Shown here one piece after another: positions 61,488 through 64,000 of a stretch of DNA of 64,000 nucleotides (its first letter is position 1; each line of letters opens with the position of its first letter). The stretch comes from Candidatus Thalassarchaeaceae archaeon (GTDB lineage: Archaea > Thermoplasmatota > Poseidoniia > Poseidoniales > Thalassarchaeaceae). The stretch is taken from positions 6,006-70,005 of the forward strand of contig JASLKP010000005.1 in assembly GCA_030747485.1 (NCBI GenBank). The letters are read 5' to 3'. Below the pieces are notes generated by a model. The model was not told where the DNA came from. It searched no databases and worked only from the letters and a program-made list of their open reading frames with translations. Made by a program: the position numbers and the translations under genes.

Positions 61488-63386
61488 GTGTCAGAAGAGA
61501 TTCTTGAGGCGGAAGTTATCGATGAGGAATCCGCTGAAGAGAGGCGTGACGTCCGTCACCTCAACTTCGCAATGGGAGCTACTGTAGCCGTTGTGGTTCT
61601 TTTCATGGTACTCGCTGCGACCTTTGGTTCAGGGATTTCAAATTCGATGAGTGGACCCGGTGGGAGTGATCATTGGTTACCTCCTGTCGATGAAAGAGCA
61701 GGTCTACATTACGACAATACCGATGTATTCAGCCGAGTGTCATGGAATGGGACCCACAACATCAGCGAGCCGCTATCAGTTTATGTCCCTGTGACGACGA
61801 TTTCGCTCTCGGACGGAGGGGCTGGTGCCACAGGAAATGCAGAGGTTCATCTGGGACTCTGGTTACCTGAAATTCCTGGATGTGATTTTACTGCTGACAA
61901 TCTCACTGCGGATTGCCAAGTGCCTGTCATCGCAGAAATTGGACCATACTACGATGATGGCGATGTCGATGCTCTCACACCTGCCAATCGACTCGGAAGA
62001 TTCCTCATTGAGAATTTTGTACCCCACGGGTATGGGGTTGCTCAAGTGAGTGTTTTTGGTACAGGTGAATCGAATCATTGCATGGACCTGATGGGCCTAG
62101 ATGAACAAGAAGGGATTCATGCTGCTGTTGAATGGTTGGGTTCACAATCATGGTCAAATGGAAACGTCGGAGTCATCGGGAAATCATACGACGGGAGCAC
62201 TCCATGGGAGGCTGCAGCCATGGGATCAGTACATCTCAAAACGATTATCCCCATGTCTGGTTTGATTGGAGTTCACGACTTGATGTGGCGAAATGGAAGC
62301 ATGGAGGCAAGGGGTGCAATCATGCACAATGGTGTCTATGGTAGTTTTGGACTTGATGGCGATTTAGAGGATTCTGAAAATGCTTGCGAGGGTTACATGG
62401 AGGGATACTATGCAGGCGTGGGTGCATATCTCAGCGGCGATAATCTGGCATGGCTAGGCAGTGACTATTGGGAAGAAAGGACATTTTTAGAACGTGCATT
62501 AACCAATTACAATGGCTCAGTGTACATCATTCATGGAATGCAAGATTGGAATGTAGACCCTCATATGGCCTTCCCAACTCACAATATTCTCATCGAACAT
62601 GGATTTGAAACCAAGGGACTGTATGGACAATGGGGTCATGACTATCCTGATCGATTATCTGGGCATCAAGGCCTATCATCTGGAAGAGGAGCTGAGGCCT
62701 TTCCCTACACTCTGCGTTGGGATTGGGCTGATGATTTGCTAGAATGGTTCGATTATTATCTCAAAGACAAGGGGCCACAACCAGCACTTCATGCTGAAAT
62801 CCAAGACAACATGGGTGGATGGCGGGCTGAAGCGATGTATCCTCCGGCTGATACGGAGTGGATGAACTTCGGGTTGGATGAGTTCGAAGTGCTCTCTGGG
62901 GGGACAAATGTCAATTCAATTTCTCAATTGGTAATTCAATCTCCTCAATTGGAAAATGAAATGAGAATTGTTGGGACCCCCACCTTACATATTGATGCTA
63001 CAACCTCTATTTTAGGAGGGACTTCAGGACATCTGGCTGTTGAAATGGTTCTCGCAAGTAGTGGAATGCACCTTGGACACGCAGTGATGGATCTCAGATT
63101 CCATGCTGGTGGAAAAGATGGAGAGGTGCTTACACCAGGTCAGACAGTCAATGCAAAGATGGAATTTTTCGGAATGGATGTCATTGTCCCAGCTGGAGAT
63201 GCCATTCAACTCATCATTACTCAAACTAATGAGGATTATATTCCCAGTCCAGTGAGTACGACCCCAGTGAGTGTGGATCTCTCTAGTAACAGCATACTGG
63301 GACTCTCTATGGTCAAGAGAACATGTGCAGATTTGTTCCTACCACCAATGCAAGAGCCCTATGCAGCCTGTATTGAAGATTTGTGA
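61488..63386 (+). CDS. CocE/NonD family hydrolase (S15 X-Pro dipeptidyl-peptidase-like), membrane-anchored
   Basis: N-terminal TM, GTGES..C, WSNGNVGVIGKSYDG, HGMQDWNV, GQWGH. Confidence 0.88.
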   Translation: MSEEILEAEVIDEESAEERRDVRHLNFAMGATVAVVVLFMVLAATFGSGISNSMSGPGGSDHWLPPVDERAGLHYDNTDVFSRVSWNGTHNISEPLSVYVPVTTISLSDGGAGATGNAEVHLGLWLPEIPGCDFTADNLTADCQVPVIAEIGPYYDDGDVDALTPANRLGRFLIENFVPHGYGVAQVSVFGTGESNHCMDLMGLDEQEGIHAAVEWLGSQSWSNGNVGVIGKSYDGSTPWEAAAMGSVHLKTIIPMSGLIGVHDLMWRNGSMEARGAIMHNGVYGSFGLDGDLEDSENACEGYMEGYYAGVGAYLSGDNLAWLGSDYWEERTFLERALTNYNGSVYIIHGMQDWNVDPHMAFPTHNILIEHGFETKGLYGQWGHDYPDRLSGHQGLSSGRGAEAFPYTLRWDWADDLLEWFDYYLKDKGPQPALHAEIQDNMGGWRAEAMYPPADTEWMNFGLDEFEVLSGGTNVNSISQLVIQSPQLENEMRIVGTPTLHIDATTSILGGTSGHLAVEMVLASSGMHLGHAVMDLRFHAGGKDGEVLTPGQTVNAKMEFFGMDVIVPAGDAIQLIITQTNEDYIPSPVSTTPVSVDLSSNSILGLSMVKRTCADLFLPPMQEPYAACIEDL

Positions 63387-63443
63387 CATTGTAGCACAGT
63401 GCTACATCGACATATTGAGAACTGAAAGTCTCAGCGAACAATC

Positions 63444-64000
63444 ATGGGCGAGGTCATTGGGGCAGATATACCCGTATTGCACATGTTGCATACCTGCCCA
63501 TTTTGTTGGAAGATTCGTAGCATTGCTGAGCATCTTGATATCGATTATCAAAAGAAGCAAGTCAACGCAATGAAGACAAAGAAGGAACTTGCATTTACTG
63601 ATGGTTGGGGGAAGGTCCCAGTTTGGACTGAAGTCGATGGGGAGATTGTTGTCGATTCAACACCCATCATGAAACATATCGATGCAACCTACAATCAAGG
63701 AAATCTTTGGGCATCCGATGATGAATTACGAAGAGATCAATGGATGGAATGGGTGGATACTAAACTTTCTAAAGCCACTATTCCCATCCTTTATGGAGGA
63801 TTATTTTCAGCATTACAAACAACGACCCGCGTCTCAAAGTTAGAGAAATTCGGTTTCTTTTCTAAGAGAATCTACGCATGGGCAGGATTCCCCATAATGT
63901 GGGGATTCATTGCGAGAAGTCGTGTCAAGAAAGATGGGCGAAAACCAAAGCAACTGTGGCACGACTTGCTTACAGAATTTACCAATGAATTCGGGGACTC
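63444..64000 (+). CDS. Glutathione S-transferase/glutaredoxin-like protein (mPGES-2-like), 3' end outside window
   Basis: Manual translation: MGEVIGADIPVLHMLHTCPFCWKIRS...KKELAF..GWGKVPVW....VVDSTPIM; absent from the ORF track because it is truncated. Confidence 0.82.
   Translation, partial: MGEVIGADIPVLHMLHTCPFCWKIRSIAEHLDIDYQKKQVNAMKTKKELAFTDGWGKVPVWTEVDGEIVVDSTPIMKHIDATYNQGNLWASDDELRRDQWMEWVDTKLSKATIPILYGGLFSALQTTTRVSKLEKFGFFSKRIYAWAGFPIMWGFIARSRVKKDGRKPKQLWHDLLTEFTNEFGD

Overview
Chromosomal window from a marine euryarchaeon, most consistent with Ca. Poseidoniales (Marine Group II). The taxonomy is inferred from gene content: PolD large subunit, PriL, the rps13-rps4-rps11-rpoD operon, pantoate kinase, MptE and DUF373, mixed with bacterial-type LeuS, PckA, FumC, Grx4/BolA and a WD40/TSP3 surface protein. 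About 51 densely packed CDS are present, with no CRISPR array, rRNA, tRNA or mobile element. The standout is a ~1.3 kb gap between fumC and a beta-propeller gene (c. 55030-56310) that looks like a large, highly structured minus-strand non-coding RNA. It has a candidate BRE/TATA promoter, more than 15 GNRA/UNCG-capped hairpins on the minus strand, and a tandemly duplicated ~330-340 nt domain whose two copies differ by compensatory base changes around an invariant 27-nt core. It matches no RNA class I recognise. Secondary points: a fumarase fused to a ribbon-helix-helix domain with a palindrome over its promoter, a NikR-like regulator divergent from a His-rich ZIP transporter, a chimeric lipoprotein with an abrupt codon-usage switch, a membrane-spanning Ig-repeat/wHTH sensor, and a TPD/CDIN1-like nuclease.
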